Shown piece after piece: positions 9,323 to 18,872 of a DNA stretch of 64,000 nucleotides. Under the pieces are notes generated by a model that saw only the letters and a list, made by a program, of their open reading frames with translations, did no database searches and had not been told where the DNA came from. Where the stretch lies: NCBI GenBank assembly GCA_030625775.1, contig DAOUQC010000014.1, forward strand, positions 7,907 through 71,906, written 5' to 3'. Source of the stretch: Verrucomicrobiota bacterium. Lineage in GTDB: Bacteria; Verrucomicrobiota; Verrucomicrobiia; Verrucomicrobiales; DEV007. Both the position numbers and the translations under genes were made by a program. Position 1 is the stretch's first letter; every line of letters begins with the position of its first letter.

Positions 9323-10156
9323 TCAGTTCTTGGAAGGGACTTTAGAAAAAGCCTTCGGCGCGACGACTACTTTGGTTTTGCCTGTGGGAGAAGCGGGGGA
9401 GGAAGCCCTTCGGATTTTGGTGGAAGGGGGGGAGACTGGCCATGCTCCTTTGAGATTGAGATACTTGGGCGGGCTGACAGCTAGTTTTTGATCACCTGCT
9501 ATTTGATAGTCCCGGCTGACAAGCGGGGTGATAGTGAAACAAGACTCTTCCTCGGGGAGTTTTGCAATGTGCAATAGAGTTGCGCATGTGTCCGAGCGAT
9601 TGATGGTTATAGAGTCGCCGACTTTAAAAGGAGATTTTTGGATGTTGGAAATCGGCAGGATATAATCGACCAGGGCTGTGGGGTAATCATCGGCACGAGC
9701 ACGAATGGCTATACCAGAAGGAAAAACATCATCCGGGCCAAGAATTTTGATGCTTTCAATTTGGAAAGTTCCTCCAATGTAAGTGATGTCGGAAAAGTTT
9801 TTGTAGTTACTCAGATAATTGCGTTTGAGGATGGCGTTCAATCCCTTCAATTTTGCGTTACTGAAATCGTATTGCTCCGCATAGAGCTGTTTGGCTGTTT
9901 TGAATTTACCTCTTGGTGCAGTGACGGGAGTGAAGCTGACGATAGGGTCTATTTTTTTCACCTGGGTGAGCAGGCGGTAATTAAAAGGGGTTTCCGGGTG
10001 ACCAAATACGTACATGCAGAATACCCAGGCAAAGGCATTGAGGGCGACCAATACAGCAATAGCTATGATCCAAAGGAAGAGGGTGTCATTCCTTGAATTT
10101 TTATGGAGTTCTCCTGAATCAGATTGAAACGGAGAATGTTCACCAAGAAATTGCAT
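9323..10156 (-). CDS. Hypothetical membrane-anchored protein
   Basis: The track start at 10159 is GTG; the ATG is at 10156. It has one TM helix (LFLWIIAIAVLVALNAFAWVFCMYVF) and a Pro/Ser/Lys-rich tail. It lies directly downstream of rpoD on the same strand. No family recognised. Confidence 0.6.
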   Translation of the reverse strand: MQFLGEHSPFQSDSGELHKNSRNDTLFLWIIAIAVLVALNAFAWVFCMYVFGHPETPFNYRLLTQVKKIDPIVSFTPVTAPRGKFKTAKQLYAEQYDFSNAKLKGLNAILKRNYLSNYKNFSDITYIGGTFQIESIKILGPDDVFPSGIAIRARADDYPTALVDYILPISNIQKSPFKVGDSITINRSDTCATLLHIAKLPEEESCFTITPLVSRDYQIAGDQKLAVSPPKYLNLKGAWPVSPPSTKIRRASSPASPTGKTKVVVAPKAFSKVPSKN

Positions 10157-10208
10157 CACCGTGTGTCTTGAGCACTTTTTAAGATCAACTGGAAATTAAA
10201 ACACTCAA

Positions 10209-12017
10209 TTAATTGTGCATTTCGAGGAAACCTTCCAATTGGCGGATTCGGGTGGGGTGCCTCATTTTACGCAGAGCCTTGGCTTCGATTTGTCGAATTC
10301 GTTCACGCGTGACTTTGAACTGCGAGCCAACTTCTTCGAGAGTGCGGCTGTAACCATCCACCAACCCAAAGCGCTGCTCGAGTACCGCACGCTCACGCTC
10401 ATTCAGACTGTCGAGCACCGCTCTGATTTTATCTTTCAGCATCGAGAAGCCGGTCATGTCACTGGGATTCTCGGCTCCCTTGTCCTCAATGAAGTCACCA
10501 AAGATAGTGTCTTCGCTGTCGCCGACCGGTGCTTGCAGGGAAATCGGTTGCTGGGCCATTTTGAGCACCGCTTTGACGCGCTCCACCGGCAGATGGATTT
10601 CCTCGGCGATCTCATCGGCATTGGGTTCCCTGCCGTATTCCTGAACCAGTTGCTTTTGCACCCGCATCAGTTTGTTGATCGTTTCGATCATGTGCACCGG
10701 GATGCGAATGGTTCTAGCCTGGTCGGCGATCGAGCGGGTGATTGCCTGGCGGATCCACCATGTCGCGTAAGTCGAAAATTTGTAACCCCGGCGGTATTCG
10801 AATTTTTCGACCGCCTTCATCAGCCCCATGTTGCCTTCTTGAATGAGATCGAGAAAGGACAAGCCCCGGTTGGTGTATTTTTTGGCAATGGAAATCACCA
10901 GACGCAAGTTGGCCTCGACCATTTCGTCCTTGGCTTTGCGCGCTTTTTGCAGCCAATCCTTGAGCGAATCGTAGGTGTGGATAAACTCTTCCTGAGTCAG
11001 CCAGGTCGAATTTTCAAAGGCTTCTTTCTGTTTGTTGGCGATGGCTTTTTCGCTGCTGCTTTTTGCTTCCGATAAAGCCGTGGCGATTTCCTCACTTTCT
11101 TCTGCGTAACGTTCAGCTGCCGCAACAAATTCTTCGGTTACCGATTGTTTGAAAAAGAAACGACCGCAAATCCGATTGAGAGCGCTGTATGATTTTTTCC
11201 AATCTTCCGCCAGTTTTTTCTTTTTAGCGGGAGAGGCTAGTTGCATTTCTGTGTACAGGCATGCCAGTTGATCCCTGGCAGCAGTCAGCTGCAGGCAGAG
11301 TTTTTCCAATTTACGCATGTAGCGTTCGCGGCTTTGGATTTTTTTATCAATAATCACCCGGTCAAAACGTTCATCACCGGATTCCAGGCGCTCGGCCATA
11401 TCAAGATAGGTTTCACAGGTGAAACCGAACAGGCTGAGACAACGGCGGACTTCGGATTCCGCTTTTTCGATGCGTTTTGAGATTTCGACTTCCTGCTCGC
11501 GAGTGAGAAGGGGAACCTGTCCCATCTGACGCAAATACATCCGTACCGGGTCATCGAGAATGTCGAGCTTGGCTTCCGTTTTAGGGGGAGCACTGTCATC
11601 GATATCAGTAACTTTGTCTTTTTTCTGATCCTTGAAACGATCCACCGCAGCGGCGTCAATGATATTGAATTCCATGCTGCGCAAACGCTGGATCAATCTA
11701 TCCAGCGTTTCGGCATCAACGATATTGGCAGGCAAGGCGTCATTGATGTCATCAAAAGTGAGGTATTCCTGCTCTTTAGCCAGTTTGATCAACTCTCGCA
11801 GCTTTTGCTGGATCTCCGGAGAATCGATGTCTTGAGGCGAGGCGGCGGGGGTGTCCGGATTTGATCGAGTAGCTGACTTTTTTTGCACCTTTTTCTTACG
11901 TGTGGATGTTTTCTTTTTTACTGCAGACGGGGAAGCGGCGTTCTTGCGGGAAGCTTTCTTTTTCTTGCTGCTTCCCGAGGATGCCGTGCTCTTTTTTGCT
12001 CCGGATTTGGCGGCCAT
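10209..12017 (-). CDS. rpoD: RNA polymerase primary sigma factor (sigma-70)
   Basis: Region 2 motifs [38 protein letters not shown] and region 4.2 [31 protein letters not shown] at 12017. The N-terminal tail is lysine-rich. Confidence 0.95.
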   Translation of the reverse strand: MAAKSGAKKSTASSGSSKKKKASRKNAASPSAVKKKTSTRKKKVQKKSATRSNPDTPAASPQDIDSPEIQQKLRELIKLAKEQEYLTFDDINDALPANIVDAETLDRLIQRLRSMEFNIIDAAAVDRFKDQKKDKVTDIDDSAPPKTEAKLDILDDPVRMYLRQMGQVPLLTREQEVEISKRIEKAESEVRRCLSLFGFTCETYLDMAERLESGDERFDRVIIDKKIQSRERYMRKLEKLCLQLTAARDQLACLYTEMQLASPAKKKKLAEDWKKSYSALNRICGRFFFKQSVTEEFVAAAERYAEESEEIATALSEAKSSSEKAIANKQKEAFENSTWLTQEEFIHTYDSLKDWLQKARKAKDEMVEANLRLVISIAKKYTNRGLSFLDLIQEGNMGLMKAVEKFEYRRGYKFSTYATWWIRQAITRSIADQARTIRIPVHMIETINKLMRVQKQLVQEYGREPNADEIAEEIHLPVERVKAVLKMAQQPISLQAPVGDSEDTIFGDFIEDKGAENPSDMTGFSMLKDKIRAVLDSLNERERAVLEQRFGLVDGYSRTLEEVGSQFKVTRERIRQIEAKALRKMRHPTRIRQLEGFLEMHN

Positions 12018-12116
12018 AAAAAAAGAAGGGGTTGAAACGGAATTAAACTATAGCGGGTGAAGACAATAAGGAAAAAAAGAAAGCACCAGACCATTCAAAT
12101 CAGCACTGCCCTTAAT

Positions 12117-13946
12117 TCAAGGAGACTTGGCAATGTCCTGTAACTGCTGAGTGAGGTCAAGCAGTTCTTTCTGGAGCTGATGCGCCTTTTCTGGAGAGAT
12201 CTTAGGATTGTCGAGTAGGGCTTGGTTTTCCTTTATGCGGACCTTCAGGCTTTGGCGTTCGAGGGTCTCCAGGCTCTCCGTGGCACTTTGCACCGAGGTG
12301 TCGGGAATGGTTTCGGTCAACAATCGGGCGACACAGGCTTGCTCGGGTGGGGTGAGGCTGTTGGCAAAGGCCGCAACATCTGCCGTTGAGCCGGCATCGA
12401 AGCTTGCTTGCCAGATTTTCGAAAGCAAGTGGCTGCCTGCCAGATTTTTTAAAAAATCGGGTTCAGGGCTGCTGCAAATTTGTGTTCGTGCATCAGCTAC
12501 AGTGAGCAATATCTGGCAAAGAAATTTGATCGATGAGTTGTCTATTTCCAGCGGGGGCATTGCTTCTGCTTCTGTTGGCTTCGAATTCTGGCGGTAAGAG
12601 CGATTGCCGTATCGCTGGGCACGTTTTATTTCCCGGTCGGATTCCCCGACAAAGTGCCGGATATCATCGGCGGGTACGCTCAGACGGGTGGCCACACGGC
12701 TGATGAGAGAGTCCTGGATCATTTTGTCTGTGACTCGCGCGATGTTCTCCGAGACTTCTTTGGCGAACTCGATGCGGTCACGCATTTCGTCGAGGTTGCG
12801 TTCCTGGGAGGCACGATCAATTTGGTAATCGAGGAATTCGGGAGCTTCATTGATCCTTTTGGTAAAAGCTTCAGCACCTTCTTTTTTGATCAGGGAATCC
12901 GGGTCTTCACCGGTGGGCAGGGCGACCAGCTTGACTACCAGATTGGAGGCGATCAGTTGGCGGAAAGCTTTTCCCGCCGCTTTATACCCGGCGGCATCGG
13001 AATCGTAACACAGAACAACTTCATCCGTGTGGCGTTTTAAAATACGTGAATGATCCTCGGTGAAGGCTGTGCCCAGAGCGGCAACCGTGTTTTCGATACC
13101 ACTTTCCACGCAGGCAATGAGGTCGAGTTGGCCTTCACAGAGGATGGCTTTGCCCGCTTTTAAAATGGGGCGTTTGCCACGATCCAGGCCGTAGAAGGTT
13201 TTGCTTTTTTTGAAAAGAACGGTTTCGGGGGAGTTGATGTATTTGCCGCCCTTGGCCTCGGGACTGAGCACCCGGCCGCTGAAGGCGATGACGTTGCCGT
13301 AATCATTGCAGATGGGAAACATCAGCCGGTCGCGAAAACGCGCATAAACCCCACGGGAGGGATTGTCCGGATCTTGTGGCGCAGCCAGCCCCCCCTCGAG
13401 CAGGACTTTGTTGGAAAAACCAGCATCTTGAGCCCAGCTGATCAAAGCTCCGCCATTTTGAGGAGCGTAGCCCAGTTGCCAGTTGCGCGCCGTTTCTGAA
13501 CCGATATCCCGTTGTTTGAGGTAGTCGCGGGCGTGTTGGGCACTTGGACTGCGGAAGAGCAGTTGATGAAACCATTCACTTGCTTCCTTGTGCAATTTTT
13601 CCACCTGGCGGCGTAATTGAAGCCGTCGATCCGCATCGGGATCAAAAACCTCGTCTTCCAGCCGGATGCCGACTTTTTCAGCCAGGCGCGTAGCGGCATC
13701 AGGGAAAGTCAGGTTTTCATAGTGCATGACAAAGCGGATCACATCTCCGCCTTCACCGCAGCCGAAGCAATAGTAGATTTGCCGCGAGGGAGTGACATTG
13801 AAGGAGGGGGTTTTTTCGTTGTGAAAAGGGCACAGGGCCAGAAAGTTAGTGCCTGCTTTTTTCAGCGGGAAATAGCTGCTGATCACATCGACGATATCGG
13901 TTTCGGCGATGATGCGTTGAATCGTTTCCGGTGAAATGATGGCCAT
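12117..13946 (-). CDS. dnaG: DNA primase
   Basis: Zinc finger CPFHNEKTPSFNVTPSRQIYYCFGCGEGGDVIRF and Toprim motifs LCEGQLD / CYDSDAAG. It sits immediately upstream of rpoD, the classical dnaG-rpoD arrangement. Confidence 0.95.
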   Translation of the reverse strand: MAIISPETIQRIIAETDIVDVISSYFPLKKAGTNFLALCPFHNEKTPSFNVTPSRQIYYCFGCGEGGDVIRFVMHYENLTFPDAATRLAEKVGIRLEDEVFDPDADRRLQLRRQVEKLHKEASEWFHQLLFRSPSAQHARDYLKQRDIGSETARNWQLGYAPQNGGALISWAQDAGFSNKVLLEGGLAAPQDPDNPSRGVYARFRDRLMFPICNDYGNVIAFSGRVLSPEAKGGKYINSPETVLFKKSKTFYGLDRGKRPILKAGKAILCEGQLDLIACVESGIENTVAALGTAFTEDHSRILKRHTDEVVLCYDSDAAGYKAAGKAFRQLIASNLVVKLVALPTGEDPDSLIKKEGAEAFTKRINEAPEFLDYQIDRASQERNLDEMRDRIEFAKEVSENIARVTDKMIQDSLISRVATRLSVPADDIRHFVGESDREIKRAQRYGNRSYRQNSKPTEAEAMPPLEIDNSSIKFLCQILLTVADARTQICSSPEPDFLKNLAGSHLLSKIWQASFDAGSTADVAAFANSLTPPEQACVARLLTETIPDTSVQSATESLETLERQSLKVRIKENQALLDNPKISPEKAHQLQKELLDLTQQLQDIAKSP

Positions 13947-14027
13947 ACTTGAGTTATTGAATTAACTGGGTGTGAATGAAAGCGGTGGACATTTATCAAC
14001 ATTCAGAGTTGGATGACTTCTACTAAT

Positions 14028-14096
14028 GTGGGGCAGATTTCCATATCTGCCTTAACAGCTTACGTTTTCCCCCGCAGATATGGAAATCTGCCCCAC
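14028..14096. repeat. Perfect 23-bp inverted repeat with 23-nt spacer; each arm is itself a small hairpin
   Basis: GTGGGGCAGATTTCCATATCTGC (14028-14050) and GCAGATATGGAAATCTGCCCCAC (14074-14096) are exact reverse complements. Each arm contains GCAGAT-N6-ATCTGC. The element lies in the divergent dnaG / nfeD-like intergenic region. Confidence 0.9.
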
Positions 14097-14199
14097 GAAG
14101 ATATCAACTATGCATCTGGGAGGGAATAATCATTTTCATTCACACACGAATTAACTACTGGATGAGAAAGGTTCCATCTGTTTTATTAAAAATCCTACA

Positions 14200-16542
14200 A
14201 TGCGCGTGATCAATTCAAGTAAAAGTATAATCAGAAGAGCAATTTACCTCGTCATGGTGAGTATTGGTTTGTTTGGCCTGGCGGCAAAAAGCCAGCAGGG
14301 GGAGAAGAAGGCCGGGGGCGAGGTGGAACGGGCATTGAAAGAGCGGGTGGTCATTATTCGCATTGAGGATGAGGATATCAGTGACGGCAGACGATTCAGG
14401 GATTTGAGGCAACTGATAGCGGATGCCGCGAAGGCCCCGGCCAAAGCCGTGGTTTTTGATCTGAATACAGGCGGGGGTTATTCCAGGGAAGTGGCCAGGT
14501 ATTTGATGGAAGAGTTGCCAAAAATCAAAGTGCCGGTGCTCTCATATGTGAACCCATCTGCCCTCGGTGCGGGTGCCCTGGTCGCGCTGGGCAGTGATGA
14601 AGTTTATTTGTCACCTGTGGCTGTGGTCGGTGGGGCGGAACCATCGCTGCAGGGGAGGCGTAATCGTTCTTCCGGCTCCGTGGTGGATGAGGGCAAGGAA
14701 GGGGCGGCTGAGAAAAAATCTTCTTCCTCCCCGGTGACGGCACAGCAAATATCAGTTTTAAAAGCACAGGCACGCAGTCTGGCAAAACAAAAAGGCCATC
14801 GACCGGAAGTAGCCGAGGCATTCATCGACAGTATGGTTGAGGCAAGGGACGGAGATGAAGTCATCAGTGCCAAAGGCGAACTTTTGACTCTGACTGCTGA
14901 TGAAGCGGTTAGAAAGTTGTCGGATGGTCGGACGGTGTTTGGTAAGGCGGTGATCGGCTCAATAAAAGAGCTTTTTAATCAGGAAAACCTTGGAAAAGAA
15001 ACGGAAGCCCTCACATACACAGCCGTATCCTATGGAGAGTATTTGACCCGGCAGCGGCGTAATAAAACGGGCAAGGCAGACAAGGGTAAAGTGGCGGCAG
15101 GAGATAGGGGCGATCCGTCCGGCGACAAAGAGGCGGGAAGTGACAAGCGTTTGTTTGGCAAAAAGAGTACAGAAGATTACAACGGAAAAATCCTCGTGGT
15201 TCCCGTGGGAATGGATGACCTGATGGTGACCGCCCGGTTTGAGTTCATGAAAAGGGTGCTGAAAAAAGCACGGCTTGATGGTGCCGAAGCACTCATTTTT
15301 GACATGAATACCCCTGGTGGCCGGGTTTGGGAAACCGGTGAGCTGATGATGCGTGAACTACAGGAGGCAAACTTTCCGACTTACACCTTTGTGAATAATT
15401 TTGCTGAGTCCGGAGGCTGTCTGGTAGCCATCGCCACGGATCATATCTACATGAAACCCGCGGCACAGATTGGCTCGGCTTTACCGGTGACCGCAGCCGG
15501 TGATCTGAAGGGTAATATGAAACAGAAGGTGACCGAGATGCTGCGTGACCTAGTACGCAATGTGGCAAAACTGAAGGGACACGACCCTGATGTGGCAGAG
15601 GCCTTTGTGACAATTGATACGGAAGTGATCAAGGATGGCATTATGATTTCGGAGATGGGCAAAGTGTTGCACCTGAGTACTGAGGAAGCCACCATGATCG
15701 TTAATGGCAAGCCGCTGCTGGCCAAGGGGGTCGTCGACAGTGTTGAAGAAATCATCGAACTGGAGGGGCTCAAAGGGGAAGTGTTGAACCTGGAGCCTTT
15801 GGGCCTGGAGCGTTTTGCCCATCTGATCCAGAAGTTTTCTTTTTTACTGATCATAGTGGGATTGGCTGGAGCTTATATGGAACTGAATGCTCCGGGTTTT
15901 GGAGTGCCGGGGGTTACTTCGCTGCTCGCTTTCGGGCTGTTCTTTTTTGGCAATCACTTGGCAGGCAATTTGGCAGGTTATGAATTGGCCGTGCTGTTGG
16001 TGCTGGGGCTGGTCTTGATCGGGGTTGAAATTTTCATTTTGCCGGGAACCTTGCTGCCGGGACTTGCTGGTGGGGTGCTGGTATTCACGTCCTTGATTCT
16101 GGCCATGGTGGACCGTTTTGATTTTCAGTTCCACTGGCAGGAAGTTCCCCAGGCACCGTCATTGGTTGATTTGCTGACTGGTCCGGTTTTGACCCTGGCA
16201 TTCGGGGTGCTGGGGGCGGTCATACTAGGGATTCTGTTGATGCGTTTCCTACCCACCACAGGTAGGTTGGGGGGACTGGTTTTGACTGAATCCCTGGCAA
16301 GCGGTGGCTCTCTCGACGAAGACAAAGCCGCGGAGGACGAGATGAAAGGCGATTCTTATCTCGGTCGGGAAGGAGTGGTCACTGCCGATCTGCGGCCCGC
16401 AGGCAAAGGCATGTTTGATGGTCGTTTGCTCGATATCGTCGCCGATGGAGAGTTCATCGAAGAGGGCAAACTGGTGAAGATCATTTTGCATGAAGGCCCG
16501 CGCCTGGTGGTGGCCCGGGTGGAGAGTGGGGATAAGGCATGA
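14200..16542 (+). CDS. NfeD-family membrane-bound ClpP-class serine protease with duplicated protease module
   Basis: Two ClpP/crotonase-like modules: VVFDLNTGGGYSREV...SALGAGALVALGSDEVY and LIFDMNTPGGRVWET...AESGGCLVAIATDHIYM. These are followed by a multi-TM block (FSFLLIIVGLAGAYMEL ... LGILLMRFL) and a C-terminal NfeD OB-fold (GREGVVTADLRPAGKGMFDGRLLDIVADGEFIEEGKLVKI). Confidence 0.8.
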   Translation: MRVINSSKSIIRRAIYLVMVSIGLFGLAAKSQQGEKKAGGEVERALKERVVIIRIEDEDISDGRRFRDLRQLIADAAKAPAKAVVFDLNTGGGYSREVARYLMEELPKIKVPVLSYVNPSALGAGALVALGSDEVYLSPVAVVGGAEPSLQGRRNRSSGSVVDEGKEGAAEKKSSSSPVTAQQISVLKAQARSLAKQKGHRPEVAEAFIDSMVEARDGDEVISAKGELLTLTADEAVRKLSDGRTVFGKAVIGSIKELFNQENLGKETEALTYTAVSYGEYLTRQRRNKTGKADKGKVAAGDRGDPSGDKEAGSDKRLFGKKSTEDYNGKILVVPVGMDDLMVTARFEFMKRVLKKARLDGAEALIFDMNTPGGRVWETGELMMRELQEANFPTYTFVNNFAESGGCLVAIATDHIYMKPAAQIGSALPVTAAGDLKGNMKQKVTEMLRDLVRNVAKLKGHDPDVAEAFVTIDTEVIKDGIMISEMGKVLHLSTEEATMIVNGKPLLAKGVVDSVEEIIELEGLKGEVLNLEPLGLERFAHLIQKFSFLLIIVGLAGAYMELNAPGFGVPGVTSLLAFGLFFFGNHLAGNLAGYELAVLLVLGLVLIGVEIFILPGTLLPGLAGGVLVFTSLILAMVDRFDFQFHWQEVPQAPSLVDLLTGPVLTLAFGVLGAVILGILLMRFLPTTGRLGGLVLTESLASGGSLDEDKAAEDEMKGDSYLGREGVVTADLRPAGKGMFDGRLLDIVADGEFIEEGKLVKIILHEGPRLVVARVESGDKA

Positions 16543-16691
16543 CAGGTTCTATTTGGGCCGTTGGAAAAAAATCTAAATTGTTAATCAAGGTTTGTTGACT
16601 GCCCCGAATGGTACCCCTTGACACCGCTCGAAGGTGAAGTTTCGTAAGAGAGTAACAGTCGGTCGGATTGGTCGATTTAGTGAAAGTTGTC

Positions 16692-17369
16692 ATGCGTATT
16701 TTAGTGGTTGAGGATTCCGCCCGTCTTCGCGCAGTGGTGGTCAAGGCACTGCGGCGCAGCGGATATGTCGTTGATGAATCGGAGGATGGAGATGACGGGC
16801 TTTGGAGAGCCCTTGAATTCAGCTATGATGGGGTGGTGCTTGATCTGATGTTGCCCAAGCGCGATGGTCTTGAAGTGCTTTCGGAATTACGTAAGGCTGG
16901 CAACGAAGCTCCGGTGTTGCTGTTGACCGCGCGCAACCGGGTCGAGGATCGAGTGGCCGGTTTGCGGGGGGGAGCTGACGACTATCTCGGCAAACCGTTT
17001 GCCCTAGAGGAACTGCTGGCCCGCGTGGATGCGCTCTGTCGCAAGCGATTTGATCGGCACACCACGGTCGTCCGGGTTGGTGATCTCGAAGTTGATAGCG
17101 ACGCGCGGACGGCGCGGCGCGGAGGGGAGCTGCTGGATCTTACTGCCCGGGAATTTCGGCTCCTGCAGGTTCTCGCCATGCAACAGGGGAAATTGCTCAG
17201 TCGCACTCGACTCGAGGAGCATCTCTACGATGAATTGACCGTTCCGATGAGCAACGTGGTCGATGCCACCGTCTATCAGCTCCGGCGCAAGCTCCGGGCA
17301 GCGGGTGGCGGCACTCCTCTTGTCCATACCCGGCGTGGCCAGGGATACGTAATGGAAGACGTCTCATGA
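16692..17369 (+). CDS. OmpR-family response regulator, heavy-metal (CusR/CopR)-like
   Basis: The track start at 16668 is TTG; the ATG at 16692 gives MRILVVEDS. Phospho-acceptor region VVLDLMLPKRDG, then PVLLLTARNRVEDRVAGLRGGADDYLGKPFALEELLARV, and a winged-helix end TRRGQGYV. Confidence 0.9.
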   Translation: MRILVVEDSARLRAVVVKALRRSGYVVDESEDGDDGLWRALEFSYDGVVLDLMLPKRDGLEVLSELRKAGNEAPVLLLTARNRVEDRVAGLRGGADDYLGKPFALEELLARVDALCRKRFDRHTTVVRVGDLEVDSDARTARRGGELLDLTAREFRLLQVLAMQQGKLLSRTRLEEHLYDELTVPMSNVVDATVYQLRRKLRAAGGGTPLVHTRRGQGYVMEDVS

Positions 17370-18787
17370 AATCGATCCGTCGCCGCATGCTGCTCTGGTT
17401 CCTGCTTGGCCTTGGTGTGCTCTGGTTGGTCGGCGGGATCGGCGTCTTCTTTTCCAATCGAGCGCGATTGCTCGCAAACACTGAAACGGAGCTACTTTCC
17501 TTGCTGCGGCAGGTGCGGGTAAACCAGATGGGCGGGTTCCGCGGGGGACGAGGTGGATCCGGCTACGGTGGCGGCGGAATGACGGAGTCCGGCGATTTCG
17601 GCCCGGATGTTTACTGGCAGGTGTGGCCGCAAGACGGTGGCTCATCGACCAGGTCAGTCAATCTCTCCGCCGACCTGCCGCGCTTCGATCCCGACCACGG
17701 CCAGAGCCTCATCCAATCCGTGATGTTAGGGGAGGGGATCCATGCGATGGTGGCGGGTGCGCAGTTCGGCATGGGACGGAGTGGGGCGTTTGGTGATGGC
17801 TATCCAGGTGGGAGAGGGATGCAGGTTTCGGTGGCCAAGGATCTTGCGGGTGTGCATCGCACGTTGCTGAACGTGTTCCTCGGCATCGTAGTCACGGGAC
17901 TAGTGGTGGGCGGACTGGCCGTATTGTGGGTAATCTTTATCGTGCGGGACGGCCTGAGACCGCTTCGGCGCATCACCGATGAGGTCGTGGCGATCGATAC
18001 GGGATCGCTATCCGGGCGTTTCGAGGACGATGATTTGCCGGATGAGTTGCGGCCCATTGTCTCGCAGCTCAACCAGTTGATGGCACGACTGGAAAAGAGC
18101 TTCACCCGCGAACGACGGTTTAGTTCGGATCTCGCCCATGAGATGCGCACTCCGGTGACCGAGTTGCGCCTCATGGCGGAATCTGCGGTGAAGTGGCCGG
18201 ACGAGGGAGGGCGTGAGGCATGGGACGCGGTGCTTGAATCGGTCGATCGTATGGAACTGGTGGTGCAGGCGATGCTGCAACTTGCCGGACTCGAACAGGG
18301 GATCCAGGACCGTCCCCGGGAATCCCTTGCCCTGCGCCCGTTGGTTAAGGATGTCTGGGCCGCCTATGAAACCAGAGCCATCGCCCGCAGACTTACGCTG
18401 CGTCTCGACCTCGAACCTGATGTCACTGTCTTGGGAGATCCTGTCCTCTGGTGTCACTTGCTTGGTAACCTGTTAGGCAATGCTGCTGACTATGCCGACG
18501 AGGGAAGTGAAGTGCTTGTCTCCACCGAACCGGGGACGACAGGAAAGGGGCTGGTCGTTTGCGTGGCCAACGCCGCCGCTCGGTTGGAGGCCGAGGATGT
18601 TGATCATCTCTTCGACCGTTTCTGGCGCGGAGATACGGCACGAAGTGGTTCGTCCCATTGTGGTTTGGGGTTGCCATTGGCTCGTGCCTGTGGTGAAGCC
18701 ATGGGCTGGAGGCTGCAGGCGAGTTTTCGACCCGGTGACGGCTGGTTGGAGATGCGGATCAAGCCGGGCGATAAGTTGGGTGAGTGA
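17366..18787 (+). CDS. Sensor histidine kinase (HAMP-HisKA-HATPase), heavy-metal-sensor-like
   Basis: ATGA overlap with the regulator gene (17366-17369). Two TM helices flank a ~135-aa Gly-rich periplasmic loop. H-box FSSDLAHEMRTPV, N-box LLGNLLGNAADY, G-box GLGLPLARA. Confidence 0.9.
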   Translation: MKSIRRRMLLWFLLGLGVLWLVGGIGVFFSNRARLLANTETELLSLLRQVRVNQMGGFRGGRGGSGYGGGGMTESGDFGPDVYWQVWPQDGGSSTRSVNLSADLPRFDPDHGQSLIQSVMLGEGIHAMVAGAQFGMGRSGAFGDGYPGGRGMQVSVAKDLAGVHRTLLNVFLGIVVTGLVVGGLAVLWVIFIVRDGLRPLRRITDEVVAIDTGSLSGRFEDDDLPDELRPIVSQLNQLMARLEKSFTRERRFSSDLAHEMRTPVTELRLMAESAVKWPDEGGREAWDAVLESVDRMELVVQAMLQLAGLEQGIQDRPRESLALRPLVKDVWAAYETRAIARRLTLRLDLEPDVTVLGDPVLWCHLLGNLLGNAADYADEGSEVLVSTEPGTTGKGLVVCVANAAARLEAEDVDHLFDRFWRGDTARSGSSHCGLGLPLARACGEAMGWRLQASFRPGDGWLEMRIKPGDKLGE

Positions 18788-18801
18788 TTTTTTTCAGGAA
18801 G

Positions 18802-18834
18802 CGTCATCTTCCCGTCATATTCGATCCCTATAGT
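18802..18834 (+). promoter_or_regulatory. Candidate response-regulator box (11-bp-phased direct repeat) plus -10-like TATAGT
   Basis: CGTCATCTTC (18802-18811) and CGTCATATTC (18813-18822) are 9/10 identical with an 11-nt register. TATAGT lies at 18829-18834, 39 nt before the ATG at 18873. The repeat occupies the -35 position, as in PhoB/OmpR-type activated promoters. Confidence 0.35.
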
Positions 18835-18872
18835 AGGAGTTGCCAGTAAGGTAATAACTAACTAAACCAACC

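Noticed and set aside
10215-11075. 286-aa plus-strand ORF
   Set aside because: It is entirely antisense to rpoD, whose identity is unambiguous. The sequence is low-complexity and motif-free, which is typical of a stop-poor antisense frame.
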